Origin: Candidatus Omnitrophota bacterium
GTDB taxonomy: Bacteria; Omnitrophota; Omnitrophia; Omnitrophales; Aquincolibacteriaceae
DNA: 64,000 nucleotides
Direction: 5' to 3'
Assembly: GCA_049324575.1 (NCBI GenBank)
Contig: JBMONI010000024.1
Coordinates: 53,144 to 117,143 of the forward strand
In this document: piece after piece, positions 38,501-47,576 of the stretch
How the letters are laid out: the number at the start of each line of letters is the position of its first letter
Position numbering within the stretch: position 1 is the stretch's first letter
Made by a program: the position numbers and the translations under genes
Notes under the pieces: generated by a model
The model's input: only the letters and a program-made list of their open reading frames with translations
Database searches by the model: none
Told to the model about the DNA's origin: nothing

Positions 38501-41500
38501 TCTTACGGCGCTTCGGATAATGTTCATTGAAGACCGCTTCGGCCCGGGAAAGAAAAAGATAGGATTCTTCCAGTTTAGCCGCGAGCGCCTCGTCGACGAG
38601 CGTACCCGGCGCGCCTCCGATCTCGAACCGAAGATAGCGCAACATTTCGGTCATATCGGCCTGCGTCACCTCGCGTCCCGCCGAAAGCCTGTCCCTTTCC
38701 TGCGGAACAAAGACCTGCAGAGTCTCTTTAAGAAAACGCAGATCTTCCATCGTTCCGATGCCGTTACGAGGATCCAGAAGCCGTGGCCGCAAAGACATCA
38801 TCGCGCCCTGCTCCTTATACCGCCCCTGAAATCTCGCCCAAGGCCCCAAAAAGTTCATGAACGGCGCCAGCAATCCGTTGACCGCACCCCGGACAAGGTC
38901 ATCGGTCACATCCGACAACGCTTCGTAGTACGGATCGGTCGACCGGAGTTCCGACCGGAAATTCTCCAGGATCCCCGCAGTAATACGGATCTCCGGAACA
39001 CGGTTGGCCGGAACGCCGACTGAGATCGACACTTTGGAGAACTTTTTTCGAAGGTATTGAAGGAAATCCAGGAAAGCCGGATCCGAGGCAAGGGCTCCGC
39101 AAAAACAAAGATCTTTGGGCCGGTCCAAGGGATGCTGGACGTTATAATCATCCTCGGTCTGAGTCCAATCGATGATGCCGCGAAGAAGGTCCGGCCGCAG
39201 CTGGCCAAACTGATTTTCAGAGCCCGGATCATCCCGCGTGATCTCGATCTCATCTCCTTCTTCCTCCTCCCCCCTGACCAGAGAACTCAAATGCCCCGAC
39301 CATATGGACTCTTCATAGTCATTCGTCCCAAAGCTGAAAAATTGCGCGAAAGGATGCCGGACGATCGCCCGCCGATTCGCCACGGCCTCCCGTAACTCGA
39401 TCATGGCTCCATACTCGATCGTACTGCCCAGAGCCTGAGCCTCGACCGGGCGTCCTTCGGGCCCGCTCTCGATGAATTCCTTGGCGATCTCCTGGGCTTC
39501 CCGGTGCACTTCTTCGAGATAATCCAGATCGTATTCGTTCGCGACCATGGGAAAAAGAATCTGAACCAAAGGATGTTCTTTACCGAATTTTTCCGTATGC
39601 AGAATGATCGAGGCCATTTGCAAAGCAAGCAATTTGCGCCCCATCGGGGTCCGGTAGAACTGAAGTCCGGAAAGGTCCCGGGTCCGCTTGTCGAACCGGT
39701 TCAGGATTTTTCCGATAAATTTCGGACTCACAGACCGCAGGTTCGACAATTCTGTCCGGATCGCGGCCTCTTCCTTCCCTTGAAAGATCGGGATCCCAAG
39801 ATCAACACGGATATGGCGGACAAGCGGCATAAGGTCCGAAGAACCCGGATCGCGGAAAACCGCCTCCAATCGCTTTTCGACGTCTTCCCGGATCCCGTTC
39901 CAATACCCTTGGCGGTCCAGGGACTTCCCCGATTCACGAAGGATCTCGACCTGCTTATCCGACTCCAGATCGAAGGTCCGAAAAACGACCGTTTTTCCGT
40001 TCAACACCCGGTTCTGAAGGATCGGTTCATATTCGTAAAGCATCAGCTGCAGGATCTCCGAAACGGAAGACGCAGAGGCCTGAAGCTCGCCATCCTGGAT
40101 CACGGCTTCCCGTATGCAACCCAGGATCTTTTTGAGAAGCTCATGGCTCATAAATTCCGTACGGATCAGGGCGATCCCATCCGACATATTCTTTTCGTCG
40201 ATCGGATCACGCGGAGTCATATTCGCCCGGACCTTCATCGTCACCGGCAAGCGGATCTCCTTACCGTACATCACCGCCCTCGCCTTATCCAAAGCCTGCT
40301 TCCGGGCGACCTCCGGCATTCTTTCAGGCGTAGGATGCACATAAAGAACCGCGCTCTTCCGCTCGTCGGATTCGATCACGATCGGGTCCCCGACCTGAAT
40401 GCGGCCAACTTGCTCGACCACCTTTTCGTCAGCCCCGTTCAACAGGACCAGCACCGGTCGATTCGGCAAGCCCTGCGCGATGAGAACTCCGTGGGAATTA
40501 TGCGTTGCCTTCTTGAAAGCGATCCCCTCGATCCGGCTCCCGATCCGGTCCCACAACTCCTGCAGTTCGGGCCCCGCCACTTCACCGTCGATCAGGAGGA
40601 TGAACCGATCCTCCTGCTGGCCCTCCAGGATCTCGGCATAATAACCTTCCCGCATATCTACGATCTTTTTTTCCATTCCTTTTTCGATCGCCACGTCGAT
40701 CTTTTCGATCGCTTCGTTGAGGAATACATAAAGATCATATTTCGTATCCAGCTCTTTTTGCATAAACTCATCCACTTTTTCGTCCATGGCCTTCATCCCC
40801 GCCACCGCTCCCAGGACCCCTAAATATTCACGGTACATCGTGGCAGCGAAATGCTCGTAAAGGAATTGTGTCACCGAAATATTGCGAAAGGTCATCTGGC
40901 TCTTGGTTTGTTGCCCGCTTTCTTTGCTGAGGTCCAGCAAGTCCGTCATCGCCTGAATAAAGGCTTGGTAATAAGAACGGTCCGGATCGATCGCCGCAAG
41001 GTTCTGCATCGAGCGATGGGCTTTGTGCACCTCCGCCTGTTTGGCCTTGTAAAGTTGCGCGATTTCTCGCCCGCCGGGTTGATCTTCCCCGCCTAACTCG
41101 CTCAGGCGTCTGCGCAAATACAAAGCCTCTTTTCCCGAAGCCTTCTTTTTTGCCTTCCAGCCTTCGCGGACCTTCTTGAGCCGTTCGAGCCGAGCGACCT
41201 CAGCGGTCTCGCGATGCAAAAGAGCGTCAACGACTTCGGCCGCTTTTTGGATCTGGTCTTCAGCCGCTTCATGGATCCCCGCTTCGGCGCTTTCCACGAC
41301 CGGACGCACCGACAAAAGATGCTCCACCGATCGATCCGCCAATACCAAAGAAGCCTTCGTATCCTCAAGCAGTTGCAACGTATCCGCAGAAGGTTCGCCG
41401 AACTCTTCCCGCTCTCTTGCGGCCTTCTCCTTCGCCGCTCCGGCAGCCCGCCGGCAACGATCCCGCATGCTGTCCGCTCGTTCGAGAGAGAGATGGATCA

Positions 41501-44183
41501 GGCGCCGGATCCGCGACCGCTGGCCCGAAAATTGGGCCGGATCCGATGCGATCTCTCCGATCTCGCGCCGCCATTCGGAAAATTCGCTCTCCCGCTTGTC
41601 GAAATATTGCCGATCCCATTCATCCCCATATCCCCGGACCTGGAGAACAAGCTCTCCAAGCGTTTCCATGGCGGACCCCAGCGAGGCCATAAGACTCTCC
41701 GCTTGTTCACGCCCCCATCCTTCCGTCTTTTCTTCGACCAGGACAGCGTAAAAACGCGTCTTGAGATAAATAAAACGCAGAAGGTCCTTGACCATTTCTT
41801 CGGGAACCCCGGTAAGATCGATCTCACTGAAATATTTCCGGTTTTTTTCAGCTGCCGGATGTTCGAGGGCGTCTTGAAATGTAAAATTGGGCGTGATCAG
41901 CCCGGCTGTTTCTCCTTGCGCAACCGCTTCCTCAAGATCCGAAATGATCTTCGCCGAAACATGCCGGATCCAGCGAACAACACGCTCACTATCGGCCCCT
42001 TGATGTTTCATCTGGAAAAAGCGGATCACTTCAGGAATGACGTTATGATAAAAGATCTCGATCTCAAGCGGGAGCTTCGAAGGCTCCACCGGCGTTTCGA
42101 TAATACGGAACTTCGTCTTTGGCATGGTGATCATCTTTCCGTAAGCGGCCTGTTGAGCGATGATCCCGACCCCGCCTTCGATCACCATCTCCTGAGGCGG
42201 CGCCGAGCGAAGTTCGGCGCGGATAGGCCGCATCCGGATCTCACGCGCCGGCTGGAGGATCCGGTACCCGCGCGGATCGGCCGAAGTCAGGGTCTGCGAG
42301 AGGTTCGAGGTCTTCCGGGACACAACTTTTCCGGGAATTTTGGAGGAAAATCCAGGAGCCGCGTCGGACCGTTCCGTCCCGGCACCGTCGGCACGGCGCG
42401 TAGTTTTAAAAACCGGATGGGTGTGAAGGATCTCTTGGATCCGCGTTTGAAGATCACCCGCTGAAGCCCTTTTTTGCTTTTCGAGGGCCGGAAGCGCGAC
42501 CTCAACCAGCTCGCGATAAAAAAGTTTTTGCTGTTTCGTGTCGAGAAAAGCCGGGGCCGGGAGGCCGCGCGGCGCTTCGGCGTTCTTCCCCGTCATGACT
42601 TTTTCATAAGAAGCCGCATGACCTGGGTCTCCCGCGACGGGAAGAACGACCGCATGAGGGATCTTCCACTCACCCAGGATCTCTCCGATCCCCGTGCGGT
42701 GAAAGCCGCCCGTAACCAATACGGCAACACCGGCGCGGCCTTTGGGACCAGCCCGCTCAAGCAGCCGGGCCGCCAGGGCCCGGTCTCGTGCTTTGGCGGC
42801 ACGGTAGAAATCCTCAGCGGTCCGGATCCATACCGCCAGATCCCCGACGGAAGCGTTCTTTTGCATCGATCGGGCGAGCCAGCGATGGATCAAGCCACGG
42901 CGCATTTGATAGATCTCATGTTCCCGTTCGGTCAGTCCAGTCGAAAGAAGCTTTTCGAGAAGTTCCGCGTCCTTGATCCGGCGAAGGAAGCGCTCTTCCG
43001 GATAGCTTTTCGTGAGGGTGCGGATCAGGGCCTCTTCGAGCTTTGCGATCTCTTCAAAAAAAGCTTCGGCGTCGATCTCCTCGAGATAGACAGGGGTCAT
43101 CAGGCTCCCTACGAAATGCGGAAAGGCTTCAAGCCGAAGGCCCCGGCCAACCGCCATTCGATGGAGTTGCCGGACCCAGACCCTTCTGAGCTTGGGCGCC
43201 GGACCGGCCCCGGGAACTTCCGGGCGTTCCGGATTCAAGACCGGATCCACGCGAGCCAGGATCTCAAGATCCGCCTTGGACGCATTTTTTGACAAACGTT
43301 CCTTCAGCTGTTTCCACTCGTCACGGGCCCTGCCCTCCTCCGCATCCTTGGCGATCTGCTGGATCTTTTGGAACCGGGCCCTATGCGGAAAGCGGAATTG
43401 CTCGACGGGATCCGCCAGATCGATCTTGAGGAGGCGTGAAACTTTTTCCGAAAGAAGCTTTAAATAGGCCGCGAGGTCCGAAGATCCGCCGGCGCCGAGG
43501 GCCAAAGAGTATTTCCCCTCTTTCAGGCGTCGTCTTTCCCGAAGGAAATCCCGGAGTTCCGGATCCAAGATCCGCGAGCCTTCCCGATCGAGTTCATCAC
43601 GGATCGCGGACAGGGCCCGATGGATATCCTCCCTGGCATCCGCCAAAGCGAGATACGCGCCATAATTCGCACGATAAAGGCGCGGGGCTTCAAGGCCTTC
43701 GATCCTGACCGTTCTCCGCCCGCCGGTGTCCCTGTAATGGAGCCAGCCAAAAAGCTCGGCCCCGCTCAGTTCCCCTTTTTCGAGAAGATCGGCCACCACC
43801 GCGTCCCCGGCTTCGGGATATCCGGGAACCAGATCGTAATATTCCGGATGGAGCGGCCCCACGGCGCCTTCGACGCCAATGACCAGGGACGGATATTCCC
43901 GGTGTAAAACCTTCAGGATCTCCGCGATATGGACCTGCGCCGAGGGATTCGCATGGGCATCATTGATATGGATCACGAAAGGTCCGCCAGAGGAGGCCGG
44001 TTCCGGCAACGGCTGGACCTCGACGCTTCCGAATTCCCGCGGAAGTGAAAGCAGCTTCGTGAGAACTTCCGCATAGGGTCCCGCCGGGGATACGCCCCTT
44101 TCCGCCGCAGTCGCTAAAGGCGAAATTACGAAGGTCAGAAGCGTAAAAAATGCCGTTATTTTTTTTAGGTTCCGGTTTTGCAT
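35526..44183 (-). CDS. giant multidomain protein (~2886 aa): signal peptide/anchor + Tiki/TraB/erythromycin-esterase-like domain + Enzyme-I/PPDK-like PEP-utilizing phosphotransfer module + GlnD-like ACT regulatory region
   Basis: ORF track 35526..44240; start set at MQNRNLKKITAFFTLLTFVISPLATAAE (signal peptide or N-terminal anchor). N-terminal domain has FVIHINDAHAN … VLVTGGFHRTGI, resembling the GxxH / GAGH motif pair of TraB/PrgY/Tiki/ChaN. Central module: phosphohistidine-like KKATHNSHGVLIAQGLPNRPVLV, then TIM-barrel motifs GIALIRTEF…, …FSFGTNDYEE…, …CFCGALASDP…, collinear with PEP-utilizers mobile + C domains of EI/PPDK/PEP synthase. C-terminal third: …LLYLMVAVRKIA… and the ACT-like …IIFGFKGDRPGLFASLTGVLASRDIVVESARVSA…, as in GlnD. 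Long helical linkers between modules. Confidence 0.85.
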   Translation of the reverse strand: MQNRNLKKITAFFTLLTFVISPLATAAERGVSPAGPYAEVLTKLLSLPREFGSVEVQPLPEPASSGGPFVIHINDAHANPSAQVHIAEILKVLHREYPSLVIGVEGAVGPLHPEYYDLVPGYPEAGDAVVADLLEKGELSGAELFGWLHYRDTGGRRTVRIEGLEAPRLYRANYGAYLALADAREDIHRALSAIRDELDREGSRILDPELRDFLRERRRLKEGKYSLALGAGGSSDLAAYLKLLSEKVSRLLKIDLADPVEQFRFPHRARFQKIQQIAKDAEEGRARDEWKQLKERLSKNASKADLEILARVDPVLNPERPEVPGAGPAPKLRRVWVRQLHRMAVGRGLRLEAFPHFVGSLMTPVYLEEIDAEAFFEEIAKLEEALIRTLTKSYPEERFLRRIKDAELLEKLLSTGLTEREHEIYQMRRGLIHRWLARSMQKNASVGDLAVWIRTAEDFYRAAKARDRALAARLLERAGPKGRAGVAVLVTGGFHRTGIGEILGEWKIPHAVVLPVAGDPGHAASYEKVMTGKNAEAPRGLPAPAFLDTKQQKLFYRELVEVALPALEKQKRASAGDLQTRIQEILHTHPVFKTTRRADGAGTERSDAAPGFSSKIPGKVVSRKTSNLSQTLTSADPRGYRILQPAREIRMRPIRAELRSAPPQEMVIEGGVGIIAQQAAYGKMITMPKTKFRIIETPVEPSKLPLEIEIFYHNVIPEVIRFFQMKHQGADSERVVRWIRHVSAKIISDLEEAVAQGETAGLITPNFTFQDALEHPAAEKNRKYFSEIDLTGVPEEMVKDLLRFIYLKTRFYAVLVEEKTEGWGREQAESLMASLGSAMETLGELVLQVRGYGDEWDRQYFDKRESEFSEWRREIGEIASDPAQFSGQRSRIRRLIHLSLERADSMRDRCRRAAGAAKEKAAREREEFGEPSADTLQLLEDTKASLVLADRSVEHLLSVRPVVESAEAGIHEAAEDQIQKAAEVVDALLHRETAEVARLERLKKVREGWKAKKKASGKEALYLRRRLSELGGEDQPGGREIAQLYKAKQAEVHKAHRSMQNLAAIDPDRSYYQAFIQAMTDLLDLSKESGQQTKSQMTFRNISVTQFLYEHFAATMYREYLGVLGAVAGMKAMDEKVDEFMQKELDTKYDLYVFLNEAIEKIDVAIEKGMEKKIVDMREGYYAEILEGQQEDRFILLIDGEVAGPELQELWDRIGSRIEGIAFKKATHNSHGVLIAQGLPNRPVLVLLNGADEKVVEQVGRIQVGDPIVIESDERKSAVLYVHPTPERMPEVARKQALDKARAVMYGKEIRLPVTMKVRANMTPRDPIDEKNMSDGIALIRTEFMSHELLKKILGCIREAVIQDGELQASASSVSEILQLMLYEYEPILQNRVLNGKTVVFRTFDLESDKQVEILRESGKSLDRQGYWNGIREDVEKRLEAVFRDPGSSDLMPLVRHIRVDLGIPIFQGKEEAAIRTELSNLRSVSPKFIGKILNRFDKRTRDLSGLQFYRTPMGRKLLALQMASIILHTEKFGKEHPLVQILFPMVANEYDLDYLEEVHREAQEIAKEFIESGPEGRPVEAQALGSTIEYGAMIELREAVANRRAIVRHPFAQFFSFGTNDYEESIWSGHLSSLVRGEEEEGDEIEITRDDPGSENQFGQLRPDLLRGIIDWTQTEDDYNVQHPLDRPKDLCFCGALASDPAFLDFLQYLRKKFSKVSISVGVPANRVPEIRITAGILENFRSELRSTDPYYEALSDVTDDLVRGAVNGLLAPFMNFLGPWARFQGRYKEQGAMMSLRPRLLDPRNGIGTMEDLRFLKETLQVFVPQERDRLSAGREVTQADMTEMLRYLRFEIGGAPGTLVDEALAAKLEESYLFLSRAEAVFNEHYPKRRKIYPEIVLEFVGRFHAALGRDVATEISQESLSREFFRDYYHHINNVFVLVTRAVPEIVKLQYAPVYGASRRVNEDLVSRNRIGFRFSPRAGFVFDQADQLYPSPVTSAERYAASSGRIATAFQIATERHIGPSQELLMLLSKARSLMAGHHAAAQELQANGLYDLFSLEEAIYYTFWRYQHTTTFLRLMAPGYEKLSGRFPNPDDFYSADMMVNRAYQILNDILSTSRYQLYQLPKIYEEVVADASLRRILRFAIFLADFDAFDRRAYLSDIPRLSDPEREAILALVDGANEMIAMRDLLSNGAEKIAEEFLARVHRDTPENLKLLYLMVAVRKIAEIPAEIEPAMMHNGGFSITQMEKAYLAASHALSAGRLEAVAFQTAEDEVRELRFEWARAFIPDLEAQLLLVRDGTPLGVRYLNEYLGQSHASEDEKTALKALFSPENYRELIKEYLGHFRPEYVHSLSEDAVLKQLLFFAHVKIASRPAKISVAKVEGLPDSYREIIFGFKGDRPGLFASLTGVLASRDIVVESARVSAYGPMVFKRLLIRLKAGQDISGKEQRALEEDLNRLLAAESEPGTHAAILREIFAGQGHSGHFERFVDSGNSPMTEATFARDTQFEVEGMTGKAMVPTSVLNIRVTRWENFVYLATQGLFEKFGINIVGLFYGKGYLTDTLTLFINRGGEPVAESVKEEMVGYIKELLGKTGIEHDEVLGPRAEVRSIPSTSEWKTVLRNDFPGGAEVRITDFAPGVLLPLEMTGDEREGAVLALLADEPGAASVDNAELVDLLQPWLADSRFLSARPSAVAEPREEGRTAHVRLPLLRGAELDQLAEYLPAVLGAVVLTRAELRLNLTGYDAAFAAFYQARILAKAQQAGIVPAPGQFQVVGDNAERRVMASLPQTRLVGSHAVLLDEDSVGRVERRAGIARVWKYSSGRSPSRLAAHMMVVVRSLLEAQPGESYAVHDAEADAPGEFNAVLGILERARIDLLISTAA

Positions 44184-44347
44184 ATTTGAGTAAAGCCCAT
44201 TCTCCCGATCGATCATCCCCTCAACACACCCCTCCCCCAAAAGCCTCCGAAATGGGGACTACGAATCTGCTATCGTTATGCGGAAATTTCATGAACGAAT
44301 GAAAGGATACCTGAAGGAATTCAAAATATCAAATCGAAATCGCGTCC

Positions 44348-44372
44348 TAACTCATTATTTTAAAATGAGTTA
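44348..44372. promoter_or_regulatory. 25-bp AT-rich near-perfect palindrome TAACTCATTATTTTAAAATGAGTTA (9-bp arms), candidate operator ~165 nt upstream of the giant gene
   Basis: Read directly, in the 307-bp intergenic region between the REC-GGDEF-EAL stop and the 2886-aa gene start. Too AT-rich to be a strong intrinsic terminator. Confidence 0.3.
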
Positions 44373-44490
44373 CAAAGTTTCGCTCCCTCTTCCGGCAGCA
44401 TACGGCCTTCCGAGGGATCGCTCGAGGGTCATGGAAGCGTCGGGAAGGGCCCCGGACATGCCGTCCCGGGAGATGGCTTTTTCTTTAAGA

Positions 44491-46140
44491 TCAGCCGGGT
44501 TCTCCCCACAAAAATCCTTGCCCGTAGGGAACCCCGATAGATCTCAGGATCTTAAGGTCTTCCGGGCTCTCGATGCCCTCGGCAATGATCTTGGCATGGA
44601 AACTCCTTAAAACGCTCAAAAGCCGGGCGAGCATTTCACGCCGGTCAGGGTCCTGGCTGATATTCTGCACGAACTTCTTGTCGATCTTGATCACATCGGG
44701 CTGAAGCACGATCAAGCTTTCAAGGCTGCTGCGCCCGAACCCTACGCCATCGATCGCCAACAGGATCTTCTGGGCCTTGAGATTTTCGACCGCAGGGACC
44801 AGCAACGAGGGATCGCCCAGGATCTGCTGCTCGCTGATCTCGACGCACCAGGACCGGCCCGGAGAAGTTGTGGGGAAAAATCGCGCAAATTTCTCCGGCG
44901 AGAATTTCGACAGCGTGGACGGAAAAAGATTAATATGCTTGTAGGCTTCCTGAGAAACCCGGGAAGCGGCCGCGACGGACTTTTCGAGACAGCGCTCATC
45001 CACCCTCGAAAGGATGTTATTCTCCTTGCTAAGATGAAAAAAATCGTTCGGCATTTCAAAACCCAGGATGCTGGACCTGGAAAGGAACTCATACCCATCG
45101 ACCCGGCCCGTCGCCAGCTCACAGATCGGCTGCTTGACCGCACGCAAACAATTCCCTTCCCAAAGCATCTCAACGACATGGTCCGGGGGCATCTCCCCGG
45201 GGCCGCCGGTGCTGACCCGGTTCTTTCCGAGCCGCTTGCTCCGGGCCAAGGCTTCATGCGTTTCCTCCAGAAGCCGATCAACGGTTGCGATCTTTCGATC
45301 AGCGCTTACACTTGCAAAACTCGCGGTCACCCGCACCGAGATATCGTTGGAAATGGGGATGGTGGCCTGAGCGATCGCGCGACGCACCCTCTCGGAAAAG
45401 TGCAACCCTTCGGCCAGGCGGGTATTCGGCAAGAGGAGAATAAACTCATCGCCTCCCACGCGAGCCACGTAATCGGATTCGCGGACCGTCCCCCTCATGA
45501 TCTTGGCCACCCGTTGCAGCACCGCATCCCCGGCCGCATGGCCGTGCGCGTCATTGATCGATTTGAAATCGTCCAAGTCAATGAGGATCACAGAAAGATT
45601 CGTCCCCTCGCGGCCGGAAAGCCGGATCTCACGGGACAGCATGCGCTGGAGGCCTCGGCGGTTCAGAAGTCTCGTGAGCGGATCGAGGATCGATAGCTTT
45701 TCGAGATGCATGTTGGCTTCTTCCATCTGCTTTTTCTGGCGATTCCGCTCCACGGCATGCGCGACCGTGCGAAAGATCGTTTTCCCGACGATCTCCCCTT
45801 TGACGACATAATCCTGGGCCCCCTGCCGGACGGCTTCCAGCGCGACATGCTCGTCATCGTTCCCGCTGAGGATCACACAAGGAATGTCCGGATGGGCGGC
45901 GGCCAGCCACTCGAAAGTCCCGATCCCCTGACTGTCCGGCAAGCCAAGGTCGAGGAGCACCGCATCGAAGGCCCCTTCCTGAAGCGCTCTATGAGCTTCC
46001 TCCAGGGAATGGACATGGGTCATCTCGTAGGAAATGGGATCATCCAACTTCGAAGCAAGTTGGAGGAACCGCACAAAATCGGGGTCGTCATCGACCAGAA
46101 GTATTTTGATGGTCACCGGCTGGACATCATAGGCTAGCAT
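44491..46140 (-). CDS. response-regulator receiver + GGDEF + EAL protein (c-di-GMP turnover)
   Basis: REC (KILLVDDDPDFVRF…AVLLDLGLPDSQG). GGDEF (…LTRLLNRRGLQ…RVGGDEFILLL). EAL (QPICELATGRVDGYEFLSR…, …KIDKKFV…). GAGGTG RBS before the internal ATG (MLAYDVQ). Confidence 0.9.
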   Translation of the reverse strand: MLAYDVQPVTIKILLVDDDPDFVRFLQLASKLDDPISYEMTHVHSLEEAHRALQEGAFDAVLLDLGLPDSQGIGTFEWLAAAHPDIPCVILSGNDDEHVALEAVRQGAQDYVVKGEIVGKTIFRTVAHAVERNRQKKQMEEANMHLEKLSILDPLTRLLNRRGLQRMLSREIRLSGREGTNLSVILIDLDDFKSINDAHGHAAGDAVLQRVAKIMRGTVRESDYVARVGGDEFILLLPNTRLAEGLHFSERVRRAIAQATIPISNDISVRVTASFASVSADRKIATVDRLLEETHEALARSKRLGKNRVSTGGPGEMPPDHVVEMLWEGNCLRAVKQPICELATGRVDGYEFLSRSSILGFEMPNDFFHLSKENNILSRVDERCLEKSVAAASRVSQEAYKHINLFPSTLSKFSPEKFARFFPTTSPGRSWCVEISEQQILGDPSLLVPAVENLKAQKILLAIDGVGFGRSSLESLIVLQPDVIKIDKKFVQNISQDPDRREMLARLLSVLRSFHAKIIAEGIESPEDLKILRSIGVPYGQGFLWGEPG

Positions 46141-46316
46141 CACGCACCTCTTTTCTATTGCAGAAGTGCACAGGATCAAGACTCAGGGACACCCACAAAC
46201 CCAAAACACCCTTTTCCAAGACCTACGTTTCGGCAGCTTCTTTCCACGGCTTCAGAAAGCTCACGCCCCTTTTGACAATGTCGTCACCGTCAGGCAGCGC
46301 ATGATGAATCCTGCTT

Positions 46317-46634
46317 TCACAAAAGAGCATTGATCTTTGCCGCACACAAAAAATCATTATCCGAAAGACCCCCGATCGAATGCGTCGAATACCGCACCTG
46401 GCAGGTTTTATAACCGAACTCGATCTCCGGGTGATGATTTTCCCGGTTTGCGATCCATGCGACCGCGTTCACAAAGGGAACCGTCTCGGCATAATTTTTG
46501 AAAAAGAACGTCCGGACGATCTCCCCATGCTCATGACGCCATCCGGGGATTTGCTCGAGCAGAACACGGATCTCGGCCTCGCTCTTCGGTTTCACGCCGC
46601 CTTCACAAGGAACACACTTTTGGGTCAGGTCCAT
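46317..46634 (-). CDS. pterin-4-alpha-carbinolamine dehydratase (PCD/DCoH family)
   Basis: 105 aa. …FKNYAETVPFVNAVAWIANRENHHPEIEFGYKTCQVRYSTHSIGGLSDNDF… is collinear with the PCD [EDKH]-x3-H-H-P motif region. Confidence 0.85.
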   Translation of the reverse strand: MDLTQKCVPCEGGVKPKSEAEIRVLLEQIPGWRHEHGEIVRTFFFKNYAETVPFVNAVAWIANRENHHPEIEFGYKTCQVRYSTHSIGGLSDNDFLCAAKINALL

Positions 46635-46709
46635 TGGAGCCTCCGTTTCAACATTTTACGGATCTTTTCCCCTTCGATAAGACCGGCAGCCCTGTCCGCT
46701 CGGCCGCGC

Positions 46710-47141
46710 TCAGTTCCACTGCGTCTTGGGAAGCAGTTTTTCGATCGCGTGAATGACATCCAAGGGATGGAACGGCTTTCGAAGAAAGGCGTTGATCCCG
46801 CATATCTCCATGAGCGGTAATTTGTCACCCTTAAAAAAACCGCTGACGGCAATGATCGGGATATTGCCCCCCTCCGGGAGATCCCGGATCTCATGAGCGA
46901 CCTCAAATCCGCTTTTTTCCGGCATTTTGATATCCAGCAGGACCAGTTCCGGACGGATCTTACGCACGACATCCAAGACCCTCAGCGGGTCCTGGACCGC
47001 AACCGTCTGGTACCCGCTTAACGCCAGCAGTTCGCTGAGCTCTTGAAGGAAAATTTCGTCGTCATCGACCACCACGACGGCCTTCGTCCTCAATTCTCGA
47101 TCGTCCAAAGTTTCCATCCCATTCACGCTTTCTTTATTCAT
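46710..47141 (-). CDS. single-domain CheY-like response regulator (receiver only), paralog A
   Basis: VVVVDDDEIFLQELSELLALSGYQTVAV…LVLLDIKMPEKSGFEV…IIAVSGF… ~60 % identical over the receiver core to the 52908..53309 product. Confidence 0.85.
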   Translation of the reverse strand: MNKESVNGMETLDDRELRTKAVVVVDDDEIFLQELSELLALSGYQTVAVQDPLRVLDVVRKIRPELVLLDIKMPEKSGFEVAHEIRDLPEGGNIPIIAVSGFFKGDKLPLMEICGINAFLRKPFHPLDVIHAIEKLLPKTQWN

Positions 47142-47576
47142 AGGGTTTCTAAGTCTTTTTGCCGCTTCGCTTCTTTATCCGAACCCCAGTTTTTCCGTTC
47201 CTGCATCATTCGCCACCGCATCCTTTTGCCGTCCTTCTTCTCCCGAAAGCATAACGTCATTTGTCTTTTCGGAATTTCATCGTTTCGCCGCAGCACGGTT
47301 GTTTTTTCCTTGAAGCTTCTCCGCATTTCCCGCATTCATAAAGCGATGTTTTTTTGCCTTTGCCTTGCCGAAGATGCTTCGCCATAACCCCGACCTCCTT
47401 TTCCTGCCCTTATCATATACCGAAGCCTCTCAAGGCCCATGGGCTGATTCCGGGATTTGCTGACTTTTTTCCCATCCGCGGAAACCCTTGAAAACAAAGC
47501 CCCGATGGGCCTCGGAAGGGATAGAGGGAAGCATTCTGGGCTTTCCGATGGACGAAGGATAAGGTTTGAAAAACGG

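Noticed and set aside
47043-47387. Plus-strand ORF 47043..47387 (114 aa) in the long RR leader region
   Set aside because: It is antisense to the purine-rich leader, with low-complexity Phe/Ser/Leu-rich translation from the CT-rich strand. No RBS.
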